Source of the DNA: Halobacteriovoraceae bacterium
GTDB lineage: Bacteria; Bdellovibrionota; Bacteriovoracia; Bacteriovoracales; Bacteriovoracaceae
DNA: 64,000 nt
Reading direction: 5' to 3'
Assembly: GCA_963719505.1 (NCBI GenBank)
Contig: CAVRCF010000002.1
Span: 32,001-96,000 of the forward strand
Position 1 is the first letter of the stretch; every line of letters begins with the position of its first letter. Position numbers and translations under genes: made by a program. Shown piece after piece: positions 28,613-38,287 of this stretch. Under the pieces are notes generated by a model. The model was not told the origin of the DNA. It saw nothing but the letters and a program-made list of their open reading frames with translations, and did no database searches.

Positions 28613-29764
28613 TTGAGATTTATTAAGCGTCGTAGTAAGGTTGAAAAAACCATTATAGTTATTTCGGATGTTCATTTGGGAGCCGGCTCTTTATTAAATG
28701 GAAAGCGAAATAATCTAGAGGATTTTGATTCTGATCAGGAGATGGTTGAGTTTTTCAACTATTACTCTTCAGCTGAATATTTAAGCTCTGAGGTTGAACT
28801 CATTATTAATGGCGATTTTTTGGACTTACTGGCTGTTCCTTTTGTGCCTTACTTTGATGATGAGTTTTGGAGCGAGAAGGCGAGTCTCGCAAAGTTGGAT
28901 ATCATTATATCAGCTCATTCTGAAGTTCTCGATGCACTAGTGAGTTTTGTAGCTTCGAAAAATAAAAAATTAACATATATTATTGGAAATCACGATGCTG
29001 AATTAATTTTCGACAGTCTTCAAGATAGATTTCTTGCATTGTTCAATGACAAAGATAGGGGCAAGATCAACCTTTCAAAAACTAACAAGGCATTTAGCCC
29101 TAGTCTTGGAGTTTACCTCGAACATGGTCATCAGTATGAGCTTGCTCATAGCTTTGAGCCAGATGAATCAATAGTTGAAACGACTAAGGGGGAGAAATAC
29201 TTTATTCCATCTTGGGGGGCATATTATGTTACCCATGTAATTAATAAATACAAAAGCGAGCGAGATCATGTTAACGCTGTAAGGCCTATTAAGAATTTCC
29301 TTATTCATGGATTAATATTTGATACTTTTTTTATTTTGAGATTTCTCATTGCAAATGCTTATTATTTTGTCATGGTTAGATTCCTTTACTACTACCGGTT
29401 AAGAATCGGAATTCGGAAAGTACTACAAGAGAGCCTCAAACAGTTAAAACTTTTTGAAGACTATGAAACAATCACCAGAGAGTTTTTTCAGCGAAACCCC
29501 GAGGCAAAAGTACTTGTCGTTGGACACACCCATGAACCAACATTGAGAGAGTACGCTGATGGGACTACTTTTATCAATACTGGAACTTGGACAAAAATGA
29601 TTAATCTTGAACTCAATACTAAAAAAGATGATTCAGCACTGACATATGCAAAGATACAAATTACGAAAAAAGATTATGAACTAAGTGAATTTCACGAGTT
29701 TGTATCGGTAGAGCTTAATAAGTGGGAACCTAAAACAGATCTCCCTTATTCACAATATTCTTAA
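28613..29764 (+). CDS. Calcineurin-like metallophosphoesterase (LpxH-like superfamily)
   Basis: SDVHLG, NGDFLD, GNHD, EHGH and GHTH motifs. Confidence 0.85.
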   Translation: MRFIKRRSKVEKTIIVISDVHLGAGSLLNGKRNNLEDFDSDQEMVEFFNYYSSAEYLSSEVELIINGDFLDLLAVPFVPYFDDEFWSEKASLAKLDIIISAHSEVLDALVSFVASKNKKLTYIIGNHDAELIFDSLQDRFLALFNDKDRGKINLSKTNKAFSPSLGVYLEHGHQYELAHSFEPDESIVETTKGEKYFIPSWGAYYVTHVINKYKSERDHVNAVRPIKNFLIHGLIFDTFFILRFLIANAYYFVMVRFLYYYRLRIGIRKVLQESLKQLKLFEDYETITREFFQRNPEAKVLVVGHTHEPTLREYADGTTFINTGTWTKMINLELNTKKDDSALTYAKIQITKKDYELSEFHEFVSVELNKWEPKTDLPYSQYS

Positions 29765-30222
29765 GCAGCTTCTTTTATTTCTACTTCTGTAAAACTTCCT
29801 CGTTTGAAGTTTTCAATCGTCTGCTTGACTTGAACAGGATAGTCGACAAAAAAGAAAGTATGTCTTTTGTCATCTTTTGTTAATATCGTTAAATTAGAAA
29901 ATGGACACTCCTCTTCAGAAGTATGAATTTCTAAAATGTCAGTCAGTTTTATTTTCTTATCGAGACCAAATATCCCGAAGCTCAAGTGAAGATGGTCCTC
30001 AAAAATCATCACATGGTGATTATTATCATAGTACATCATTGAAAAAATTAAGCCTGCAAGCATGACACCAAGAGAGAGTGCATAATCACCTATATTTATA
30101 TCGTGAGCAAACTTATACATCACAAAACACTGAATGCAGTACACAACTGTGAGAATGGGCATCACTTTTACAAGGTGTTTTTGGTGATTTTGTCTTCCGA
30201 TTTTTGCGAGTGGCTTTTTCAT
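29761..30222 (-). CDS. Hypothetical membrane protein (2 TM helices + PH-like C-terminal region)
   Basis: Two hydrophobic helices followed by a beta-rich segment (I.L.DI.EI...SNLTILTKD). Confidence 0.7.
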   Translation of the reverse strand: MKKPLAKIGRQNHQKHLVKVMPILTVVYCIQCFVMYKFAHDINIGDYALSLGVMLAGLIFSMMYYDNNHHVMIFEDHLHLSFGIFGLDKKIKLTDILEIHTSEEECPFSNLTILTKDDKRHTFFFVDYPVQVKQTIENFKRGSFTEVEIKEAA

Positions 30223-30228
30223 ATTTTC

Positions 30229-30255
30229 TTATCGGGGGAGGTTTTATAAGCTTTA
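30229..30255 (-). promoter_or_regulatory. sigma28/FliA-type promoter (transcript would be almost leaderless)
   Basis: Minus strand TAAA-N15-CCCGATAA ending 6 nt before the ATG at 30222. Confidence 0.6.
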
Positions 30256-30363
30256 ACGTAAAATGCCCCAAAGCCGTGGCAGGCTAAATACTGAAAAACA
30301 CGTTAAGTTATTGAAAACTGATGAAATCCTTCCTTAAAACCTAACATAGACAGATAATATCAC

Positions 30364-30391
30364 TAAGGTTTAGGTCAGTTTTAGCCGATTA
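30364..30391 (+). promoter_or_regulatory. sigma28/FliA-type promoter
   Basis: TAAG-N16-GCCGATTA upstream of 30425. Confidence 0.5.
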
Positions 30392-30424
30392 AGCCTTAGT
30401 ATAAAAACTTCTTTGGAGAAGCTT

Positions 30425-33103
30425 ATGAATAGCTCAGTAAAAGTTTTATTTTTCGCATTGGTGCTCTCAAGTAGTGTAAGGGCTTTTGGGCAAGTTATTG
30501 CTTCAGATTTTTTTAAGTTTAAAGAAGGAGAAGTTCAGGCCTATAGAGATGTAGAAACATTAAAATGCTTCAGTACAGGAGTGATGAGTCGTGTCCGAAC
30601 TGAAAAAGAAAAAGCCTGTTTGGATGGTGTTGATCAAAGAGTCTCAGAGCATTTTTCAAATAAAGCTTATGAAAAGTTGAATGGTGAAAATGACGATGGA
30701 GGTGATGATATATTACCTGGAGAAGACAAGATCTCACCAGATACGTTTTATGATAGTTTAACAAAAGAACAAAAAGGTTACATCTCAAACAAAGAAAAGT
30801 TCTTTAAAGGTGAAGGCTTAGATAAGTTGAACTGCAAAAATTTAGTTTCAAAGAATGTGGATGCTCTTAAGCAAAGTAATGACATTACTTCTATTGTCGT
30901 CGGTGGAGTTACAGATTCATCAGGTTTTGAAAATCTAAATGAGTGTCGAGACGAAAGTTATTTCAAGAAGGGTAAAAAATTCTATGGTTATACAAAAACC
31001 TTTACTGGATTGTTAAATGAAAATGGAGAGGCCCTGGCTTGTGCTAAGATGGCGATGTACGACCAGGCAGGAGTTCAGTATTCATGTCAGAGTATTCTAA
31101 GTCAAAGAGCTTCTTGTCAAAGTACTTCATACAGCGAAGAGTTGTTGTCCTCAGACGATATTAAAGTTCTTGTGAAATCTTTGAATAGACGGCAAAAAGT
31201 ATTAAATGAACTATACACAAAGAGAGATGAAATAAACCAAGAAGCCGATGAAGCTAATAGAAAGAATATGATTCGGGATACTCTTAATAGTTATGTTGTT
31301 CTTAATCCTATCGCAGACTTTCCTTTCCAGGAGCGAGCGGAGAGTTTTGATGATATTGAAACTAATTACAAAGATGAGCTAGATGTATTTGTTGGCAGAA
31401 TGGATAAAGAGATTAATCAAATTGTAGGAATTATAAATAAAAATGTTGTTACCGCAGAAGCTGGTGGAAATACTTTTCAATTTAGAAGTCGTGACGTTTG
31501 TGAAGACGTGTTAATGGACCAGTTTAAAGCTTGTATGGGGGATACACCTTCATATGATCCAAGTCAGGCAAGTGATGTAGTAGCAAAAAAAGGAATCAAA
31601 GCTTCATTAATTCGCGACAATAAAGGAAGGGAACACTCTGCTCTTGATTTTGATCCATCAAAAGAACTAGTTGTGTGTAGTGATGGTTCCTGTGGTGAAA
31701 AACAAAAAGAAGAGTTAGAAGTAAGACTTTCAAACTCTTATTATAAACAATTTTATAAATGTAATTCATGGAAGCACGTCATCGGAGCAGTTGACGAGGG
31801 AAAGCAAGTTCAGTGGGAACCTGGTGAATACTATGAGTCATTTGATCGTCGTTTTAAGTGTGTGAATACATCTCCGTGGACGATGGACTACCACTCTTGT
31901 AAAGCAGCGGTAACATTTTATGATGGAGCTGCGGTTGGAACAGTAGCAATGGATACGGCGAATATGGCTATCGTTGCTGGTAAAAATAACAAAATTCAGC
32001 AAGAAGCTCTGAGTAATTCAGTTGGTGGTGGAGATCAATTAAATACAAGTTTAAATGCTCAGGCTAAATCCTTAACAGTTAGAGAGCAAGCAGAAACTAG
32101 AAAAGCGGTCTTTAGTGGGAGTAAAGTTGCGGGTCTAACAACTATTCTCTTATCTTACAAAACGCCTAATAAGTTTAAAAGAGATTGTGTCGAAGGACAA
32201 ACTGATCTTGCGGGAGGTGAGATTCACTTCTGTGTTGCAGCTGATTCAGCAGAGGGAGAATCCCCCAATGCCAAAGAAATTTTCGCTAACCAACAAGTAA
32301 GAAAAGAGATGTGGTCTGAAGTTGCTAAAGCGAGTGTTGAAACAACTCTTGCAATTATGGCAGCCACCCAAGCCAGTAAGCAAAGATCTGACGTTAACAA
32401 ATACAAAAAAATGTTTGAAGAGCAAAAAGATGAATCTAATACAGAGGGAGTTGCGGTAGGGCTTGATTATTGTAAGTACAATCCTGCATCACCTCAATGT
32501 CAAAATAGAGGACCTAGAGTTTCAAGTGGAGGAGACTTTGCTTATGGAAATGTAGGGCTTCAAGGTCAAGGTCAAAATCTTGCTATAACAGATAAAGACG
32601 ATAGCTTCGGTGAGTACAAAGATGAAACGATTGCAGACGGAAGTACTGATGCTATAGATGATCTTGGCAATATGATTGATAATAGTGATATTGGAAGTTT
32701 CGGTAACGACTTTAACGCTCCTGGAGCCGGTGGTACGACAAAAGGTACTGCTCTTGGTGGTGGTGGCGGAGGCGGCGGTGCCGGCGGTGGTGCTGGAGGT
32801 GGCGGTAGTGCCCCTGCTAAAGCGAAAGCTGGTCAATCTAATTATGCGGTTACCTCAACCAAAGGCGCTTATGGAAAGCGTGGTGGTGATGCTAAATATT
32901 CAGGTGGTGGATCTGCCAATAAAAAGAAAAAATCTTCAAATCCATTCTCTAAAATGTTTGGATCAAAGAGCTCGAGAAATATTGCAAGTGATGTTAAAGA
33001 TATAGCACCTGCTCACAGTGGACTATTTGATAAGATATCTAAGCGATATGAAAGAGTTGCAACAGATAAAAGATTACTGGATCTTTCAAAAGTGAATAAA
33101 TAA
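30425..33103 (+). CDS. Giant secreted Cys-rich protein with hydrophobic Ala/Gly helices, poly-Gly linker and C-terminal LFxxISxRY motif
   Basis: GGAG RBS before the ATG at 30425, signal peptide ending in AFG, GGGGGGGGAGGGAGGGG tract, SGLFDKISKRYERV. Confidence 0.8.
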   Translation: MNSSVKVLFFALVLSSSVRAFGQVIASDFFKFKEGEVQAYRDVETLKCFSTGVMSRVRTEKEKACLDGVDQRVSEHFSNKAYEKLNGENDDGGDDILPGEDKISPDTFYDSLTKEQKGYISNKEKFFKGEGLDKLNCKNLVSKNVDALKQSNDITSIVVGGVTDSSGFENLNECRDESYFKKGKKFYGYTKTFTGLLNENGEALACAKMAMYDQAGVQYSCQSILSQRASCQSTSYSEELLSSDDIKVLVKSLNRRQKVLNELYTKRDEINQEADEANRKNMIRDTLNSYVVLNPIADFPFQERAESFDDIETNYKDELDVFVGRMDKEINQIVGIINKNVVTAEAGGNTFQFRSRDVCEDVLMDQFKACMGDTPSYDPSQASDVVAKKGIKASLIRDNKGREHSALDFDPSKELVVCSDGSCGEKQKEELEVRLSNSYYKQFYKCNSWKHVIGAVDEGKQVQWEPGEYYESFDRRFKCVNTSPWTMDYHSCKAAVTFYDGAAVGTVAMDTANMAIVAGKNNKIQQEALSNSVGGGDQLNTSLNAQAKSLTVREQAETRKAVFSGSKVAGLTTILLSYKTPNKFKRDCVEGQTDLAGGEIHFCVAADSAEGESPNAKEIFANQQVRKEMWSEVAKASVETTLAIMAATQASKQRSDVNKYKKMFEEQKDESNTEGVAVGLDYCKYNPASPQCQNRGPRVSSGGDFAYGNVGLQGQGQNLAITDKDDSFGEYKDETIADGSTDAIDDLGNMIDNSDIGSFGNDFNAPGAGGTTKGTALGGGGGGGGAGGGAGGGGSAPAKAKAGQSNYAVTSTKGAYGKRGGDAKYSGGGSANKKKKSSNPFSKMFGSKSSRNIASDVKDIAPAHSGLFDKISKRYERVATDKRLLDLSKVNK

Positions 33104-33502
33104 ATGAAGTTTGAATATAAGTTAGAAATCAAAGAACACCACCTAGATACTTTTGGACATGTGAATAATGCTACCTATCTCGCCCTTTACGAAGAGGCGA
33201 GGTGGGACTTTATTCAATCAAGAAATTATGGGCTGGATGTTATTCTCAAAGAAAAAAAAGGTCCTGTTCTTCTTGAAGCCAATCTCAAATTTAAAAGAGA
33301 GATTAAAAATAGAGAAATGATAACGATAGAGACTGATGGTCAATGGATCAAAGGTAAGATCATGGGACTCACTCAAAGAATGGTTAATTCTCAAGGGAAG
33401 ATCTGCTCTGAAGTTGCACTCGTTATTGGTTTTATGAGCTTTGATGAAAGAAAATTGATTACTCCAACTGCCAAGTGGCTTGAAGCTTGTGGTCTAGAAT
33501 AA
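33104..33502 (+). CDS. Acyl-CoA thioesterase (4HBT/YbgC hot-dog fold)
   Basis: DTFGHVNNATYL..YEEAR motif. Confidence 0.9.
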   Translation: MKFEYKLEIKEHHLDTFGHVNNATYLALYEEARWDFIQSRNYGLDVILKEKKGPVLLEANLKFKREIKNREMITIETDGQWIKGKIMGLTQRMVNSQGKICSEVALVIGFMSFDERKLITPTAKWLEACGLE

Positions 33503-33507
33503 AAAAA

Positions 33508-33525
33508 GCCACTCTTTCGAGTGGC
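33508..33525. terminator. Intrinsic terminator between convergent genes
   Basis: GCCACTC-TTTC-GAGTGGC preceded by an A7 run (U-tract on the minus strand). Confidence 0.7.
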
Positions 33526-33553
33526 CCAACTTATTAATTAAATTTTTAGTTTA

Positions 33554-34369
33554 TTAGTAACCATAACCATTGTTATAAGTTTCTGCACAGAAGTATCTGT
33601 CAGTGTACTCTCTTTGGTTCATGTCATCTCTAACATATGAACAAGAGTCGTAACCAGTATTACAAGTTTGGTTGTAATATGTTTGGATAACTTGATCAGT
33701 ATACTTATCAACTAATTGGTAGTCACAAGTATCATATGAAGAATATCTGTGTTGGTAACCGTTATAAACATAGTACGGATAGTTGTTACTTACGTAGTAC
33801 CCATTGTTATAAGTAGATGGATACATTAACCAGTTTCTATAGATATAGTTTGAGTTGTAATTTCTTAACCATGAGTAATAAAGACCTGTTCTTTGGTATC
33901 TATTTTGGTGTCTAAGAATATCTCTTCTTACAGAGTGTCTGTATGGAGAGTACGGTCTGTAGTTGTAGTTATATGGAGAGTAGTGTTGTCTTGTTCCATA
34001 ATATCTATTGTCGTTACGTGGATTATATCTTGATCCAGCATAAACACTTGTTCCTCTTGGAGGATTGTTACGAGTTGTTGTTGTTCTTGGGTTATAACGT
34101 GGAGAAGGAGAAGTCGATCTCGGGTTATACCTTGGAGATGTTGTCGTTCTTGAAGGAACTGTTGATCTTGTTGGAGACGTTCTGTTTCTTTGTCTCGCTT
34201 GGTTTCTCATAGCGCTTCTGTTTGGAGTAGATGTTCTACTTGAAGAACCACCTTGACGAGTTGAGCTTCCCCTACTTCCCCTAGAAGTTCTGCTCTGAGC
34301 ATACGACTCGCTGACGAAAGCGGTTAGGAAAAGAACTGCAAATAATGACGTAAAAAGTGTTTTGTTCAT
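33554..34369 (-). CDS. Secreted low-complexity Arg/Ser/Tyr-rich protein with a C-terminal 4-Cys domain
   Basis: Signal peptide ending in SYA, three RYNPR repeats, Tyr/Asn-rich middle region. Confidence 0.75.
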   Translation of the reverse strand: MNKTLFTSLFAVLFLTAFVSESYAQSRTSRGSRGSSTRQGGSSSRTSTPNRSAMRNQARQRNRTSPTRSTVPSRTTTSPRYNPRSTSPSPRYNPRTTTTRNNPPRGTSVYAGSRYNPRNDNRYYGTRQHYSPYNYNYRPYSPYRHSVRRDILRHQNRYQRTGLYYSWLRNYNSNYIYRNWLMYPSTYNNGYYVSNNYPYYVYNGYQHRYSSYDTCDYQLVDKYTDQVIQTYYNQTCNTGYDSCSYVRDDMNQREYTDRYFCAETYNNGYGY

Positions 34370-34599
34370 GTCTTGAATCCTTGTTGGTTTGTTTGTTAAA
34401 CGCTTTGTAGCAAAGAAGATGAATCAGTAAAAGTTAAATAATCTTACTTAATTCGAGCACTTAGTGGTGTCAAAATGTCACACCACGCCATAAGTAGTTA
34501 TTATTAAAGATAAATTTACTATAGGAACTGTCGAGTTGAGGAAAATTGTGGCGAAAAAAACATATTTAAGGGGTGTAATAATTTCATGAAATAATGCTC

Positions 34600-35274
34600 T
34601 CAAAGGGGAGGACATATATTTTTAACAAACTTTTCATAAAAGAAATCTAAATCTTTCATCACATGATCCTTTAAAAGCATCTGAGATGTATCAATATTCT
34701 TTTTAAAAATATCAATTGAATATTCTTTAAGGAGTTCATCGGCTATAGGAAAGAAGCTTAGGTGCCACTTCTCCACGTTTACTCCGCCTAAGTCTTTGTC
34801 GTAAGGTCTAAAGAATGGACAATTATTTTGAAGCCTTTCATCTAACCATCTGTGAAAGTCAAACAGAACTCCACCTGGATCAGACTCAGACGAGACAAGT
34901 TTTAGCTCGTCTTTGCTAATCTTATTAGCATCGTAGACATCGAAATCAGATCCCCAGTGATGCCTTGATGCCCCTGGAATAGCAGACCAGCGCATGATTG
35001 ACTTAAGCACTTCATCTTGTGAAAGGTCATCAAAAACTAACTCATCTCCATTTGTATCAAGAAGCTTTCTTTTACCCAAAGCTTTTGCATTCCAAATTTT
35101 TTCTTGAGCGTCGAAGCTTCTGAAGGAGCTAACAATTTGGAGATCTGCCCCAATATCAGCCTTCGCTTGCTTTTGTAGATCTATAAAAGAGGGGAGAGCA
35201 TCTTCGTGCAAATAAAAATCATTATACTTAATTAATTTATTATTCGCTCTTCCTGTGAGTAGATTAAAATTCAT
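34600..35274 (-). CDS. M15-family D,D-carboxypeptidase (VanY-like)
   Basis: SSFRS...Q, PGASRHHWG.D.D (SxHx6D) and EKWH Zn-binding motifs. Confidence 0.9.
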   Translation of the reverse strand: MNFNLLTGRANNKLIKYNDFYLHEDALPSFIDLQKQAKADIGADLQIVSSFRSFDAQEKIWNAKALGKRKLLDTNGDELVFDDLSQDEVLKSIMRWSAIPGASRHHWGSDFDVYDANKISKDELKLVSSESDPGGVLFDFHRWLDERLQNNCPFFRPYDKDLGGVNVEKWHLSFFPIADELLKEYSIDIFKKNIDTSQMLLKDHVMKDLDFFYEKFVKNICPPL

Positions 35275-37471
35275 CTAGATTCCATTAATTTGAGTCCCTG
35301 AAGCTTCGTCAACACTCGATTTTCCAGACTCATCAAAGAGTCTTCTAAGAGCACTTCGTTGATAACGAATACTTAAGATTTTAAAAATATCTTGAGAGGG
35401 GTTGTTATTAATATCGCCTTTGATCTCATACTCTTTATCCATTACACTTGCGACATCATCAACTTTTATATCAGAGCCTGAGTCCCCGCCAAAGTCTAGG
35501 TCAAAGTCGTTATTTTGACTTTTTCCTTTATTGAGATCTTTCCCTCTTTTGAAGTTCGGGCCCTCTTTTTTTGCAATTTCTTTTTTCGCATCATTCATTA
35601 TTTTTTCTAGATTAGTGTCAGCAAGTGTAGGAGCGGCGAGACCCATATCAGCGGAGCTTAAGCCTTGAGGGAACTGTTTATTAACAAAACCAGCATGATT
35701 TTTTTGAAGTTGAGCTGAGATCTTGTCAGCTTTTTTCAAGATATCAGAATATTTTTTATCCTCTTTAAGATCGTCAGCTTTTTTCCTGATGGCCAAAACT
35801 TTGTTTCCAAAAGAGCCGTTATTGAAACTACCTTGTTCTAGACCGCCGGAGTTGAGAGAATCATAGCCGCCAGCAAAAGGGGAGGCGAAAGAGGATAGTG
35901 AACCTGTGTTTACCTGAAAGTTTCCAGAGAAAGTTGCACAATTATCTTGCCCACTTTTATTTTTCTTTCTTTTACAATTACACTCAAGATCGAGTTTGTT
36001 TTGTTTATCGACGCATCCACTATGATTTTGGGCGAGCATATTATTAGTTTCATTCCAATTGAATTTATTATTTTTAAATTTTTCTTTAAAACAATCTTTT
36101 CCTTCACATAGTTTAATTCCTTCCGTTCCTCCGGAGTTCACAAAGTCAGATTTAATTTGCCTAATGGCTTCAATTCTTTTTTCAAGCTGTTCTGCATTTT
36201 CTTTAGCTTTTTTGTGAACGATAAAAGAGTAAGTTCCAAAAGCTAACCCCATGGCAATTCTTGTTATAGGCCACGTAAAAGCTTTACTGATGATATCTGT
36301 TTGTTTATCGAACTCGGGCTTTACAGCACTTGATGCAGCCTTCGCAGCTTCTGCTCCACCAGCCGCTGCGCCACCACCGCCACCGCCGCCACCTTTAAAG
36401 AAAGTAGCAAGCATGGGAAGTATTGAAGTTATTATTGAGAGGAAACCTCCACCGGACTTTTGTTGAGCTGGCTGTTGCTGAGGGTTCGTTTGAGCATGTA
36501 AAGTTGGTAAGAGATTAGAATATATAATTCTTAAAACTGATTCTTCGACTTCCTCTGGTGTAATATTTTCTAGATTGTTAAGGTGGTCAAAGCGTTTATC
36601 GATAACTGACAGCCTTTTTACCTGATCAGAAAGGCTGGCATCGTTTAATTTAGATGTGTAGAGAAGATCATTTGATTGTGGTTCAATCGCTGAAGTTGTT
36701 GAAGGCGTTGACTGACCTTCCACAATAGTACATTTATTCGACAATGCTGTCGTACCAAGACTAGCACCATCCTGAGCAGCTTCTACAATCCCTGCAACGA
36801 CTGCTGCTCCATAGAGCCCTGTTGCAACGAGGTGAGCAGCCTTTCTGACATTTTCAGATTTGAGCGAACTCTCTTCAAGCTTTATTAAATAGTCAAAAGC
36901 TAAAACTTGATTATTATCCATATTTTCATAATTGCCCTGTTCGCTTTCTGGGTCGTAAGACTTTACATTTTCTTCATATTCTTCAGCGGCTTTTTTAGTT
37001 CGTCTTTGATGACCAAAGTAAGATATGGCTTCACCTGTAATCCCTGCGATTCCCGCACCCATTAAAAGTTTCATTGATAAAGAACTACATTTGATGGCAT
37101 TTTTATTTTTGAGGATATAAAAGCCCGCAACGGAAGTCATCACAAGTGGAATTAAACTTCGGTCTGAAGCGCCTCTAAAAAATCCGCCTTTTATTTCGTC
37201 TTCATCTGCTTTGATTTCATCGACACCAATTCTTGCAGCATTTTTGTAACACTCTTGCTGAGCTGATCCTGACAGTCCTTCACATTTTCTTGGCCCCGTC
37301 TCTTGCCGCGATTGATTCGTCAGTCATCTGACACTGACCTTTAGAGGCATCCCAAGCCCAACCAGACTCACAGCTTTCAACAGGTGTGTCTGAGTCTTGA
37401 GCAATTGCTATACTCGGCCCCAGGGGCTGCATAAAAATACAAAGTGCGAGTAAAAGTGATGTCAGTTTCAT
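35275..37471 (-). CDS. Giant secreted Cys-rich protein with hydrophobic helices, poly-Gly tract and C-terminal IFxxLSxRY motif; frameshift near 37285-37295 joins ORFs 37280-37471 and 35275-37143
   Basis: Signal peptide lies in the small upstream ORF. The main frame is open upstream of 37143 (KCEGLSGSAQQECYKNAA...), and removing one base fuses the two. Confidence 0.75.
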
Positions 37472-37504
37472 AATGGTTCCAGTTTTAGTTTATTGTTTTT
37501 AAAC

Positions 37505-37531
37505 TTTTCGGCTAACTAGCAGAAATCATTA
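37505..37531 (-). promoter_or_regulatory. sigma28/FliA-type promoter
   Basis: Minus strand TAAT-N15-GCCGAAAA upstream of the ATG at 37471. Confidence 0.6.
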
Positions 37532-37720
37532 ACTTTTATATATTATAGGCCCTAAACAAGCCCAATTTAAAAACTTGTCTGCAGTCAAATTCAAAATCAC
37601 GCTTAAGGTATTGAATTTAAAAGATTAATTCTGATATTTATCGAAGATTCTTGTATGGAAATTCGAATTTCAGTGACCCAAATTAATGGCAAATTCAACA
37701 ATATTTGATACGTTTTAGGA

Positions 37721-38287
37721 ATGAAGCTAATTATTCTCATCATTTGTTTTTCTCAACTGGCTTGGTCTTTGGATCTTAAGGTGGGAGATATCTTACTGCA
37801 GCCTCTGCACTGTTACGCCTGCAATCTTATTGAAGCTCAAACGCAAAGTGAATACTCTCATATTGGCGTTGTTATAAAAAAAGAGAATCAGGAAGTTTTT
37901 GTGGCTGAAGCATTTGGAAAAGTGAAAGTTGTGAGCTTTGATGAGTTTAATAAAAAAACTCAAAAAGGGTTAAGAATAGAAGTTTTAAGACCACGCTATG
38001 TCCATTCAGAAATTTATGCCACTTATAGGGAACATTTTGATTCTAAACCATATGATTCAAATTTTTTGTGGAGCGATGATAAAATTTATTGTAGTGAACT
38101 CGTTCAAAAATTATTTCATCAACTCAATATGACTGTTCCAAAAGCGAAGCCCATGACTTTTGATATTAATCGAGCACTTTGGGACAAGTACTTCAGAGGA
38201 AACACCCCCGAAGGACATCTTGGGATTTCTCCAGCAGACTTTAAAACGTCCAATCTTTACAAGGAACTTGGATTCTATGAAAATTAG
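37721..38287 (+). CDS. YiiX/YebB-like permuted papain-like NlpC/P60 hydrolase (C92), secreted
   Basis: L..GDIL, YSHIG, AEA, PYD..F and IYCSELV motifs (His precedes Cys). Confidence 0.85.
   Translation: MKLIILIICFSQLAWSLDLKVGDILLQPLHCYACNLIEAQTQSEYSHIGVVIKKENQEVFVAEAFGKVKVVSFDEFNKKTQKGLRIEVLRPRYVHSEIYATYREHFDSKPYDSNFLWSDDKIYCSELVQKLFHQLNMTVPKAKPMTFDINRALWDKYFRGNTPEGHLGISPADFKTSNLYKELGFYEN

Noticed and set aside
32755-32810. GC-rich GGN repeats (also 36355-36395) as a DNA repeat element or foreign insert
   Set aside because: They are simply in-frame poly-Gly codons of the two giant proteins.
30302-37620. TAAGNNNTTGAA IHF-like sites near 30304 and 37604
   Set aside because: Plausible, but too degenerate for an AT-rich genome to report as features.
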